Below are positions 27,395-36,012 of a stretch of 64,000 bases of DNA, one piece after another (the stretch's first letter is position 1; the number at the start of each line of letters is the position of its first letter). The position numbers were made by a program, and so were the translations under genes. Origin of the DNA: Acidobacteriota bacterium (GTDB lineage: Bacteria > Acidobacteriota > UBA4820 > DSQY01); NCBI GenBank assembly GCA_037444825.1, contig JBBILR010000008.1:17450-81449 (forward strand), in the 5' to 3' direction. The notes under the pieces are model-generated. The model had not been told where the DNA came from and searched no databases. It saw nothing but the letters and a program-made list of their open reading frames with translations.

Positions 27395-28875
27395 CCCATC
27401 TCTCCCAGGAGCTCGCGAACGACGGTGGGGTCGTGGAAGGGACGGACCTCCCCCCCCGCCGTCTGGGTCCGCTCGTGGCCCTTTCCGGCCACCACCACCA
27501 CGTCTCCGGGAAGGGCCATGGAGAGGGCCTCCCGGATGGCCTCCCGGCGGTCCAGGATCCGCAGGTACCGCTTTCCCGGCCCCAATTCGGGGCGGATCCC
27601 CGCCTCCACCTCTTCGGCGATGGCCGCGGGGTCCTCGGAGCGGGGGTTGTCGGAGGTGAGGACCGCCACGTCGGAGAGGCGGGCCGCCACCGTCCCCATG
27701 AGGGGGCGCTTGGTCCGGTCGCGGTCGCCCCCGCAGCCGAAGACGGTGATCAGCCGCTTGGGCTTCAGGTCCCGGAGGGTGGTGAGGAGGTTCTTCAGGG
27801 CGTCGTCGGTGTGGGCGTAGTCCACCACCGCCGTGAAGGGCTGGCCGGCACAGACCCGCTCCACCCGTCCGGGCACCCCCGCCAGGGCCTCGATCCCCGC
27901 GGTGGCCTGCTCCGGGGTGGCTCCGGCGGCCAGGGCCGAGGCCACCGCCACGAGAAGGTTCTGGAGGTTGAAGGCGCCCAGGAGGGGGGAGCGCACCTCC
28001 ACGGGTCCGAAGGGGGTGGCGAAGCGGCCGGAGATTCCGGAGAGGTCCATGGAGATTTTCTGGGGGCGGACGTCCGCCGGCCGGGAGAACCCCACGGTGA
28101 GCAGGCGCCGCCCCTCCACCTCCGAGGCGAGGCGCAGCCCGTAGGGGTCCTCCAGGTTCAGGACCGCCGTTCCCTCCGGGGCGAGGAGGGAGAAGAGGCG
28201 GCGCTTGGCCTGGAAGTACTCCTCCATGCTCAGGTGGAAATCCAGGTGGTCCCGCGTGAGGTTGGTGAAGGCCGCCACGGTGAAGGAAAGGTCCGAGACC
28301 CGGTGGAGGGCGAGGGAGTGGGAGGAGACCTCCATGACGCCGAAGGGGACCCCCCCTTCGTGGAGGGTCTTCAGCCACCGGTGGATGTGGTGGGCCTCGG
28401 GGGTGGTCCGCTCGGCGGGGCGGAGCCCTTTCCCGTCGTCGTACTCGATGGTGCCCAGCATGCCGGCGCCGCCGGCGGTGCCGAGGATGCTCCGGAGGAG
28501 GTAGGCGGTGGTGGTCTTGCCGTTGGTCCCCGTCACCCCGACGAGCTTCACCTTCAGCCCGCGGGTCCGGTACACGGCGGCGGAAGCGGCGCTGAAGGCC
28601 TCCCGGTCCCGGGGGCAGACCACCCAGGGGATTCCCGACCACGGTTCCTCGGGACCGGCGTGGGCGAAGATGGCCGCCGCCCCCCGCTCCGCCGCCTCGC
28701 GGGCGAAGACCCGCCCGTCCTTCCGAAAGCCCCGGAGGGCGAAGAAGGCCTCCCCCGGCCGGACCTCCCGGGAGTCGCAGGTGACCCCCGTGAGGGAGAC
28801 CTCCGGGTCCCCCAGCACCAGGGAGTGGGGCACCACGGCCAGGAGGTCCTTGAGCCGGATCCCCTTCCTCGTCAT
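27382..28875 (-). CDS. murE: UDP-N-acetylmuramoyl-L-alanyl-D-glutamate--2,6-diaminopimelate ligase
   Basis: The ATP-binding loop is GVTGTNGKTTTAYL. There is a DNPR motif (SDNPRSEDP). The ATG overlaps the ftsI stop in an ATGA arrangement. Confidence 0.9.
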   Translation of the reverse strand: MTRKGIRLKDLLAVVPHSLVLGDPEVSLTGVTCDSREVRPGEAFFALRGFRKDGRVFAREAAERGAAAIFAHAGPEEPWSGIPWVVCPRDREAFSAASAAVYRTRGLKVKLVGVTGTNGKTTTAYLLRSILGTAGGAGMLGTIEYDDGKGLRPAERTTPEAHHIHRWLKTLHEGGVPFGVMEVSSHSLALHRVSDLSFTVAAFTNLTRDHLDFHLSMEEYFQAKRRLFSLLAPEGTAVLNLEDPYGLRLASEVEGRRLLTVGFSRPADVRPQKISMDLSGISGRFATPFGPVEVRSPLLGAFNLQNLLVAVASALAAGATPEQATAGIEALAGVPGRVERVCAGQPFTAVVDYAHTDDALKNLLTTLRDLKPKRLITVFGCGGDRDRTKRPLMGTVAARLSDVAVLTSDNPRSEDPAAIAEEVEAGIRPELGPGKRYLRILDRREAIREALSMALPGDVVVVAGKGHERTQTAGGEVRPFHDPTVVRELLGEMGWRG

Positions 28876-30569
28876 GGTCTCCCCCCCTGGAAGGCCATCT
28901 CGGTGGGCACAGGCGCCTCGGGGTAGGAGAGGCGCTTCAAGGCGAAGGCCATGATCCGCGCGAAGGCGGGGGCCGACACGGAACCCCCGTAGATGCGCCC
29001 CAGCGGCTCGTCCACCATGACCAGGACCACCGCCTTCGGGTTTTCCGCCGGCGCGAAGCCCACGAAGTACGCGATGAACAGTTTCCGCCCGTCGGAGCTC
29101 TTCATCCCCAGCTTCTGAGCGGTTCCCGTCTTGCCCGCCACGGCGACGCCGGGGAGGGCCGCCTTCTTCCCCGTCCCGTCCTCCACCACCCGGCACAGGG
29201 CCCGGGTGAGGTCCGCGGCGGTGGAGGCCTTCAGGACCCTCTCGAAGGGCGGCACCGGGGCGTCGGCCCAGAGGCGGGGGGCCACCTTGAGCCCCCCGGA
29301 AGCCACCGCGGCGTAGGCCAGCGCCAGCTGGAGGGGCGTGACCCTCAGTTCCTGGCCGAAGGAGAGGGACGGCAGGGAGAGGGCCGACCACTCCTTCGGG
29401 GGCCTCAGCCTCCCGGCCACCTCGCCGCTAAGGTGGAGGGGGGTCACCTCGCCGAAGCCCAGCCGCCGCATGTAGGCGTAGAGAGCCTCGGGCCCCACGG
29501 CCATGCCGATGCGGGCCGCCCCGACGTTGGAGGAGTGCTGGAGGACCTCCTCCACCGTGTAGACGGACTTCACGGGAGGCTCGTCGTCGTGGATGGTCTT
29601 GGGGCCCACCGTGAGGGTTCCGTTCCCCACCACCACCGGGTCGTAAAGGGAGAGGCGTCCCGTGTCCAGGGCCGCCGCCAGGGTGACGAGCTTGAAGGTG
29701 CTACCCGGCTCGTAGGAGTCGGTGACCGCGCGGTTCCGCCAGGCGCTGCGGGGGGAGTCCGCCGGCCGGTTGGGGTCGAAGGAGGGGGCGACGGCCATGG
29801 CCAGGATGGACCCGTCCCGGGGGTCCAGGACCAGGGCCACCCCGTCCAGGGCGTGAAGCTCCTCCACCGTGGAGGAAAGGACCTCCTCGCAGACGCTCTG
29901 GAGGGGCAGGTCGATGGTGAGGCGGACGGTGCGCGGGGGCGGGTCCACCTGGGGGGCCACCTCCACGGGGATGAGCCTCGTGGGCTTGGCGTCGCGGAAG
30001 ACCACGTAGCGCCGCACGCCCCCCATGAGTTCCTTGTTCCAGTGGTGTTCGAGGCCCGCCAGCCCCGCGTCGGTGCCCATGCACCCGAGGAGGTTGGCGG
30101 CGGCCCGGCCGTTGGGGTAAAACCGGCCCGCCTCGTCCATGATCCTGACACCGGGAAAACGTTCGCAGAGGGCCTTGGCCTCCGGGTACTTCTGGAAGGG
30201 AACCTTCCGCGCCAGCCAGGTGAACTTCCGGCGGGTCTGCAGGTCGCGGAGCACCGCCGAGGCCTGCCGCTCCGAGAGGAGGGCCACCGCCCGGGCCAGG
30301 CCTTCCTTGTCGGCGATCTTCTGGGGGTCGAAGGTGTAGAGGGAGGGGCAGAGGGTGCTGGCGGCCAGGACGAAGCCGTTCCGGTCCACGAGGTTCGCCC
30401 GGGGCATATCCACCTCGATGATCTCCTGGGCCTGGTTCCGGGCCACCTCGGCGTAGCGGCCCCCCTCGAGGACTTGGAGCTGGAGGAGGCGCAGGAAGAC
30501 CCCGAGGACCAGGAGGGCCACCCCCCCCAGGAGGTACCGCGTGCGGTCGGGCAGAAAGACCCCCTTCAC
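28872..30569 (-). CDS. ftsI: Penicillin-binding protein 3 / peptidoglycan D,D-transpeptidase FtsI
   Basis: Transpeptidase motifs STFK (EPGSTFKLV), SSN (HSSNVG) and KTGT (AGKTGTAQ) are present. The start is reassigned to GTG (VKGVFLPDRTRYLLG), which overlaps the ftsL stop in a GTGA arrangement. The ORF-track N-terminal 36 aa would otherwise overlap ftsL. Confidence 0.85.
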   Translation of the reverse strand: MKGVFLPDRTRYLLGGVALLVLGVFLRLLQLQVLEGGRYAEVARNQAQEIIEVDMPRANLVDRNGFVLAASTLCPSLYTFDPQKIADKEGLARAVALLSERQASAVLRDLQTRRKFTWLARKVPFQKYPEAKALCERFPGVRIMDEAGRFYPNGRAAANLLGCMGTDAGLAGLEHHWNKELMGGVRRYVVFRDAKPTRLIPVEVAPQVDPPPRTVRLTIDLPLQSVCEEVLSSTVEELHALDGVALVLDPRDGSILAMAVAPSFDPNRPADSPRSAWRNRAVTDSYEPGSTFKLVTLAAALDTGRLSLYDPVVVGNGTLTVGPKTIHDDEPPVKSVYTVEEVLQHSSNVGAARIGMAVGPEALYAYMRRLGFGEVTPLHLSGEVAGRLRPPKEWSALSLPSLSFGQELRVTPLQLALAYAAVASGGLKVAPRLWADAPVPPFERVLKASTAADLTRALCRVVEDGTGKKAALPGVAVAGKTGTAQKLGMKSSDGRKLFIAYFVGFAPAENPKAVVLVMVDEPLGRIYGGSVSAPAFARIMAFALKRLSYPEAPVPTEMAFQGGRP

Positions 30570-30976
30570 GGCCGCCTCCTCGGGTTGGCTGGAGTGGAAC
30601 GGCCCTGCGGGGGGCGGTGGGAGGCTTCGGCCTGTGCGCCGGCCTCCGGCTCCGGCGGGGGAACGCCCACCGTCCATTCCTGGGGGTCTTCCTCCACCAT
30701 GCCCAGTTTTTCGCGGGCCACCCGCCGGACCTCCTGGGGAGCCAGCAGGGAAGCCTTCACGAGGGCCAGCCGGTCCCGCTCCCGGGAGAGGAGGGTGCGC
30801 TCCTCCACCAGCCGGGAGAGGCGGTATTCGGCCTCGATGTGGCGGGAGGCCAGGTGCACGTAGAGGGCGACGGGGGCGAAGGCCGCGGCGGCCAGGGCGA
30901 AGATGCGGAAGAGGTCGGCCGTTCCCCGGCGGTCGGGGAGGCGGATGGGTTCGTTTCGGATGGGGGCGGCGTTCAT
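30566..30976 (-). CDS. ftsL: FtsL-like cell division protein. This call rests on position and topology only.
   Basis: It is a small protein with one TM helix (FRIFALAAAAFAPVALYV) followed by a coiled-coil. It sits between rsmH and ftsI. Confidence 0.55.
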   Translation of the reverse strand: MNAAPIRNEPIRLPDRRGTADLFRIFALAAAAFAPVALYVHLASRHIEAEYRLSRLVEERTLLSRERDRLALVKASLLAPQEVRRVAREKLGMVEEDPQEWTVGVPPPEPEAGAQAEASHRPPQGRSTPANPRRRP

Positions 30977-31902
30977 CGCTTCACCGCCACGCGCAGGCGT
31001 GCGCTCCGAGAGGCGGGGTTGGCCGCCACTTCCGCCGGGGAGGGGCGCAGGGCCTTCCGGTGGGGAAGGTCCACCCGCGGCAGGCGGCCGCAGGTGCAGG
31101 CGGGCAGGCGGGGCGGGCAGACGCAGCCCCGGGCCAGGCTCCTCAGGGTTTCCTTGACGGGACGGTCCTCCAGGGAATGGTAGGCGAGGATGGCCAGCCT
31201 TCCCCCCGGCCGGAGGGCCTCCACGGCCTTCTCCACGAAGGCGGCCAGCCCTCTCAGCTCGTCGTTGACGGCGATGCGGAGGGCCTGGAAGGTGCGGGTG
31301 GCGGGGTGGAGCCGCCCCCTGGCCCGGACGGGGACCGCCGACTCCACGATCTGCGCCAGCCTCGCGGCGCTTTCGATGGGGGCCTCCCGCCGGGCGGCGG
31401 AGATGGCCCGGGCGATGGGCCGGGCGAAGGGCTCCTCGCCGAACTCTCTGAGGAGTCTGGAGAGCTCCTCCTCGGAAAGCCGGGCCAGAAGCTCCGAAGC
31501 CGGTTCGCCTTGGGAGGGGTCCATCCGCATGTCCAGCGCCCCTTCGTCTCGAAAGCTGAAGCCCCTATGGGATTTGAGCTGGTACGAGCTCACCCCCAGG
31601 TCCGCCAGGATCCCCGTGGGCGCCTCCGGGAGCAGGGCGCTCCAGCCCTCCACGTCCCGAAAATCGCCCTGGAAGGTCCGGAGGCGGTCCCCGAAGGGGA
31701 GGAGCCGTTTCCTGGCCAGCGCCAGGGCGCCGCCGTCCCGGTCCACCCCCAGGAGGCGCACGGAGGGCGACGCCTCCAGAAGGGCCTCGCCGTGGCCGCC
31801 CAACCCCAGGGTGCAGTCCACGAACCAACCACCCTCGGAAGGCCGAAGGGCTTCAACCACCTCCCGCACCATCACCGGAACGTGGAGGGGTTCCGCTTCC
31901 AT
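30973..31902 (-). CDS. rsmH: 16S rRNA (cytosine1402-N4)-methyltransferase RsmH/MraW
   Basis: The product reads HVPVMVREVVEAL...DCTLGLGGH...DLGVSS. The start is ambiguous between 31902 and the ATG at 31872. The 31902 start overlaps the mraZ 3' end by about 50 nt. Confidence 0.9.
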   Translation of the reverse strand: MEAEPLHVPVMVREVVEALRPSEGGWFVDCTLGLGGHGEALLEASPSVRLLGVDRDGGALALARKRLLPFGDRLRTFQGDFRDVEGWSALLPEAPTGILADLGVSSYQLKSHRGFSFRDEGALDMRMDPSQGEPASELLARLSEEELSRLLREFGEEPFARPIARAISAARREAPIESAARLAQIVESAVPVRARGRLHPATRTFQALRIAVNDELRGLAAFVEKAVEALRPGGRLAILAYHSLEDRPVKETLRSLARGCVCPPRLPACTCGRLPRVDLPHRKALRPSPAEVAANPASRSARLRVAVKR

Positions 31903-32356
31903 CCTTGGCCTCCCGAATGATCCGCGACACGTAGCGAACGGCCTCCTCGGTGAGGGGGTCCTTCGCCTCGAACTCGTTCAGGACCTCTTCGTTCCAGACC
32001 TCCAACAGCCCCGTCCCCAGGCCGATGACCATGACGTCGCCGTCCATGCGGGTGTGCTTCCGGATGTGCTGGGGGATGAAGAGGCGCCCCTGGGCGTCCA
32101 CCTCCTGCTCGTCCCCCCAGCGGCCCACGGTGGTGAGGAAGCGGTTCACCAGGGGGTCCTCGGCGTACTGGCCGTCCCGAAGGGCCTTCTCGATGCGCAG
32201 CCACTCGGCCAGGGGGTAGACTTTCAGGGCGGGGGAACCGAAGGAGGTGATGAAGACCTGGGCGCCGTAGCGTTCGCGGAGGGGCTCCCGGAACTTGCTG
32301 GGGATCTTCAGCCGCCCCTTTTCGTCGATCTTGGCCGCGGCGCTTCCCCGGAACAT
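31853..32356 (-). CDS. mraZ: Transcriptional regulator MraZ
   Basis: The product reads MFRGSAAAKIDEKGRLKIPSKFRE and is a duplicated-domain MraZ-like protein. It is the first gene of the dcw cluster. Confidence 0.8.
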   Translation of the reverse strand: MFRGSAAAKIDEKGRLKIPSKFREPLRERYGAQVFITSFGSPALKVYPLAEWLRIEKALRDGQYAEDPLVNRFLTTVGRWGDEQEVDAQGRLFIPQHIRKHTRMDGDVMVIGLGTGLLEVWNEEVLNEFEAKDPLTEEAVRYVSRIIREAKDGSGTPPRSGDGAGGG

Positions 32357-32403
32357 GGCACCCCTCGCTGGGAATCCTCGTGGCTCCAAGGGTCCGGAGG
32401 TCC

Positions 32404-32433
32404 GGTCCACTTTGGTCCACTTTGGTCCACATG
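32404..32433 (-). promoter_or_regulatory. Three-to-four direct repeats of GTGGACC at an exact 10-bp period. This is the probable MraZ operator in the dcw promoter.
   Basis: The plus strand reads ggtccacttt ggtccacttt ggtccacatg. The minus strand reads CATGTGGACC AAAGTGGACC AAAGTGGACC. Two more degenerate GGTCC units lie at 32391-32403. The array sits 48-77 nt upstream of the mraZ ATG. Confidence 0.6.
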
Positions 32434-32591
32434 GGAAGAATAGGGCGCCGCCGGAGGCTTGTCAAGGGGCGGGGGAAGACGGGCGGAAGGCGGAAGTCGG
32501 AAGGGGGAAGGCGAAAGGCGGAAGTGACGGCAGCGCCCCCGAAGATGGCGGGAATCTCCGGGGGTGCGCTACACTCCCGGCGGGAGGTTCC

Positions 32592-33230
32592 ATGATCTAC
32601 CGCCTCAAGGCCCGCTTCCAGCTCGGGGTCCGGGGCCTCGCGGGGAACTGGATGAGCCCCGACATGGCCCTCTTCGGCGGGGGGGCGGTGACCCTCCTGT
32701 GCGGGGCGGCCCTCTACGCCGGCCTGTCCCTTCCGGGATGGAGGCCCCTGTTGCTGGCCGTCCCGCCCCTGCTCCTCCTCCGCATGGCCCTCAACGCCCT
32801 GGACGGCATGCTGGCCCGGGAGCGGGGCCGGGCCTCGGCCCGGGGCGAAGTGCTCAACGAGGCCCTGGACGTGGTGGGGGACACGGCGGCCTACGGCGTC
32901 CTGTACTTCGTTCCCGAATCGCCCCGCCTGGCGGTGGTCCTTCTCCTCCTGGCCACGTGGGCGGCGGAGTTCTTCGGCGTCCTCGGCAAGGGCCTGCCCG
33001 GGGGAGTCCGCCGCTACGAGGCGCTCTTCGGCGGCAAGCCGGACCGCGCCTTCTGGGTGGCCCTTCTCGCCCTCCTCCTCTTCTTCCGCCCGGCATGGTG
33101 GCGGTGGGCGGGGGTCTACCTCGGCGCCGTGGCGGCCTTGGCGGCGGCAACGGCCGTCTGGCGCGCCTGGGCGGCGGTCCGGGAGGCCCGGGGGCGGGCC
33201 TACGACGCCCGGACCTCCCTCGGCCGATGA
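32592..33230 (+). CDS. CDP-alcohol phosphatidyltransferase family protein (PgsA/Pss-like)
   Basis: The motif DGxxAR-x8-G-x3-D-x3-D is present (NALDGMLARERGRASARGEVLNEALDVVGD). It is a multi-TM protein. GGGAGG lies 5 nt upstream of the ATG. Confidence 0.8.
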   Translation: MIYRLKARFQLGVRGLAGNWMSPDMALFGGGAVTLLCGAALYAGLSLPGWRPLLLAVPPLLLLRMALNALDGMLARERGRASARGEVLNEALDVVGDTAAYGVLYFVPESPRLAVVLLLLATWAAEFFGVLGKGLPGGVRRYEALFGGKPDRAFWVALLALLLFFRPAWWRWAGVYLGAVAALAAATAVWRAWAAVREARGRAYDARTSLGR

Positions 33231-34282
33231 AGCGCTTGAAAAAGCTCCTCCTGCCCGCCGCACTCCTCGCCTTCGCGGGCTGGGAAATGGGCCGGCGGGG
33301 GGAGGGCGCCACGCTCGCCCTCCTCCTGGGCGTGACGGCGCTCCTCCTCTTCTTCACCGCCGTTTCGGCCCTCCTTCGGTGGAAGAAGGCTTCCCTGGCG
33401 GAGGAGGTCTCCGCCCGGACCGAAACGTGGTGGTTCATGGCGGCCGTCTTCCTGACCGCCTTCGCGACGCACCGGCTGGTCTCCTTCCTCTTCCTGGGGT
33501 TCCTCTGCTTCTCGGCGCTCCGGGAGTACTTCTCCCTGCTTCCCATGGGCGAAAAGGCGGGGGACAAGACCCTCTCCTTTCGCGACCGCCCCTCCATCCT
33601 GCTGGCCTACCTGACGGTCCCCGCCTCCCTCTGGGCGGCCTACGTCCGCTGGTACGAGCTGTTCATCATCCTCGTGCCGGTCTACTTCTTCCTGCTCACC
33701 CCCATCCTCTTCGTGGTCCAGGACCGGACGGAGGGGGCCCTCCGCTCCCTGGGCATGGTCTCCCTGGGAACCCTCTTCTTCGCCTTCTGTCTGGGCCATG
33801 CCCTTTTCCTCGTGAACCTGGGGGCCATGGTCCTCTTCTTCTGCTTCTTCCTGACGGAACTTCGGGACGTGGCGGCCTTCTGGGTGGGGGGCGGCTTGAG
33901 GGCCGTCGTCTCGCGCCTGGGGGAGGGGACGCTGCGAAGGGTCCTCTCCCGGCCCGTGGCCCCCACCATCAACCCCCGCAAGACGTGGGCCGGAGGCCTG
34001 ACCACCGCCGTACTGACCTCCCTGCTGGCCCTGGCCCTGGTTCCCCTCCTTCCTCCGCTGAACGGAACCCCGGTGGACCCGCTCTTCGGGGCGGCGGCGG
34101 GGCTGGCCATCGGGGTGCTGGGCTTCTTCGGCGACCTGGTCTTCGGGATGGTGAAGCGGGACCTCCACGTCAAGGACACGGGAACGCTCCTTCAGGGCCA
34201 CGGGGGGATCATCGACCGGGTCAACGGTCTCGTCTTCACCGTCCCCGCCACCTTTCACCTCTTCTACTGGCGGTACTTCTAA
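33227..34282 (+). CDS. cdsA: Phosphatidate cytidylyltransferase (CDP-diglyceride synthase) family protein
   Basis: The CdsA signature is KRDLHVKDTGTLLQGHGGIIDRVNG. It is a multi-TM protein. The ATG overlaps the upstream stop in an ATGA arrangement. Confidence 0.8.
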   Translation: MKRLKKLLLPAALLAFAGWEMGRRGEGATLALLLGVTALLLFFTAVSALLRWKKASLAEEVSARTETWWFMAAVFLTAFATHRLVSFLFLGFLCFSALREYFSLLPMGEKAGDKTLSFRDRPSILLAYLTVPASLWAAYVRWYELFIILVPVYFFLLTPILFVVQDRTEGALRSLGMVSLGTLFFAFCLGHALFLVNLGAMVLFFCFFLTELRDVAAFWVGGGLRAVVSRLGEGTLRRVLSRPVAPTINPRKTWAGGLTTAVLTSLLALALVPLLPPLNGTPVDPLFGAAAGLAIGVLGFFGDLVFGMVKRDLHVKDTGTLLQGHGGIIDRVNGLVFTVPATFHLFYWRYF

Positions 34283-34291
34283 GGAGGCGCC

Positions 34292-34945
34292 GTGCGGGCG
34301 GCCGTCCACGGGTTGATCCGTCTCTTGCTGCTCCTGCTTTTCGGGGCCCGGGCCGGGGACCCCGTGGAGGACGAACAGGCCGTCGTGGTGGGGAACCACG
34401 ACACCCACCTGGACGTCTTCCTGCTCTTTTCCCTCTTCCCCCTCCGGCGCGTCGGAAAGGTCCGCGCGGTGGCCGCCGAGGACTACTTCGGCAAAGGCCT
34501 TCGGGGGCTTCTGGCCCGGCTCCTCTTCCGCACCCTGCTCATCCCCCGGGGGAGCGGGGACCCGCTGAAGGCGCTGGAGCCGGTGCGGCAGGCCCTCCGC
34601 CGGGGGGAGTCCCTCGTGGTCTTTCCCGAGGGCACCCGGGGGGAACCGGGGGTCCTGCTGCCCTTCAAGTCGGGCATCGGGTCCCTCATGGAGGAGTTCC
34701 CCCGGATCCCCGTGTACCCGGTGGCCCTGCGGGGGGTGGAGCGCACCCTCCCCAAGGGGGGGGTCTTTCCGGTACCCTTCGTGGTGGAGATCCGGAGGCT
34801 CCCCAGGGTGACGGGAGAGGAGATGGCGGCGAAGTTCGGTCCCTCCTGCCGGAAGGCCATCGCGCAAGAACTCCGCCGAAGGATCGCGGAGGCCCTGGCC
34901 GGAGAGGAGAACCCCGGGCCCTGCGCCGGCGAGGACCGGCCGTGA
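34292..34945 (+). CDS. plsC: 1-acyl-sn-glycerol-3-phosphate acyltransferase (lysophospholipid acyltransferase) family protein
   Basis: Motifs NHDTHLD (HX4D) and FPEGTR are present. AAGGAGG lies 4 nt upstream of the GTG start. Confidence 0.8.
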   Translation: MRAAVHGLIRLLLLLLFGARAGDPVEDEQAVVVGNHDTHLDVFLLFSLFPLRRVGKVRAVAAEDYFGKGLRGLLARLLFRTLLIPRGSGDPLKALEPVRQALRRGESLVVFPEGTRGEPGVLLPFKSGIGSLMEEFPRIPVYPVALRGVERTLPKGGVFPVPFVVEIRRLPRVTGEEMAAKFGPSCRKAIAQELRRRIAEALAGEENPGPCAGEDRP

Positions 34946-36012
34946 GCCGCCGCGCCTACGCCGAAGCCCAGCGCGCCGCCGGACGGCTCGTGGCCGCCGT
35001 CCTTCCGGCCCGCTACCCCCCGGAGGTCCTCTGGGCCCACGACGTGGTTCCCGTGGAGGTGTGGGACCCCCCGGCCCCCGCGGAGGTGGCCGGCGCCCAC
35101 CTGCCGCCCATGGTTTGCTCCGTGGTCCGCCGAGGCCTCGCGCTCCTCTCGGCCTCTCCGCCGGTGGACCTCCTGCTCTTTCCCCACACCTGCGACTCCC
35201 TCCAGAACCTCTCCACCCTCCTGCCGGACCTTCTGGGGGAGAGGCGCCCCTGCCTCTTCTTCTACCCGCCGCGGGGGCCGGCGGGGGATTGCGGACGCGC
35301 CTTTCTCCTCGAGGAGGTCCGGTCCCTCTTCCGAAACCTCGACGCCGTGGCGGGGGAGCCTCCCCCCCACCGCCTTCGGGAAGCGGTGCGGTGGGCGCGG
35401 GAGCGGGACGAGGCGCTGCGCGGCCTCTACGACGCCCGGGCTCGGGGACAGCTGGACGCCCCCGCCGAGGAGTTCTACCGGGCGGTCCGGCGGACGGAGT
35501 ACCTCTGGCCGGAGGAGGCGTCGGAGGAACTCCTCGCCTTCCGGCGGGAGCGGGCGGGGCGCCGCCCGGCGGGGGTTCCCCTGGTCCTGTCGGGGGTCCT
35601 GCCGGCGCCGATGGATTTCCTGCGCCGCCTGGACGAGCGGGGGCTCGCGGTGGTGGAGGACGATTTTCTGGGGCTGGGCCGGCGCTTCCCCCGCAGGGCC
35701 CCCGACCTCCCGGACGATCCCCTGGAGGCGGCGGCGGGGCGGCTCCTCGCCCTCCCCCCCTGTCCCACCCAGGGAGCGCCCCATTCCTCCCGTCTGGCCT
35801 TCCTGGAGGAGCTGGCGCGGCGGTCCTCCGCTCGGGCGGTGGTCTTTCTCGCCCTCAAGTTCTGCGAACCCGAGCTCTTCGACATCCCCTTCCTGGCGGA
35901 GGGCCTCAGGGAACGGGGCCTGCCCGCCCTGGTCCTGGAAACCGAGCCGGGGGGCGAAACGCCCGCCGCCCTGCTCACCCGCCTGGAGGCTTTCGTGGAG
36001 TCCCTGCCGTGA
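34942..36012 (+). CDS. 2-hydroxyacyl-CoA dehydratase family (HGD-D, HgdA/HgdB/BcrB-like) subunit, and candidate plasmalogen synthase component
   Basis: The product has conserved Cys residues (PHTCDS, FCEPELF) and the family C-terminal motif IPFLAEG...LPALVLETE. The GTG start overlaps the plsC stop. Confidence 0.65.
   Translation: MSRRAYAEAQRAAGRLVAAVLPARYPPEVLWAHDVVPVEVWDPPAPAEVAGAHLPPMVCSVVRRGLALLSASPPVDLLLFPHTCDSLQNLSTLLPDLLGERRPCLFFYPPRGPAGDCGRAFLLEEVRSLFRNLDAVAGEPPPHRLREAVRWARERDEALRGLYDARARGQLDAPAEEFYRAVRRTEYLWPEEASEELLAFRRERAGRRPAGVPLVLSGVLPAPMDFLRRLDERGLAVVEDDFLGLGRRFPRRAPDLPDDPLEAAAGRLLALPPCPTQGAPHSSRLAFLEELARRSSARAVVFLALKFCEPELFDIPFLAEGLRERGLPALVLETEPGGETPAALLTRLEAFVESLP

Noticed and set aside
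31853-31902. The 50-nt mraZ/rsmH overlap, considered as a possible frameshift or pseudogene signal
   Set aside because: Both reading frames are intact and full-length. The overlap disappears if rsmH starts at the internal ATG at 31872, which is in the conserved HVPVM context. It is most likely an alternative start rather than a disruption.
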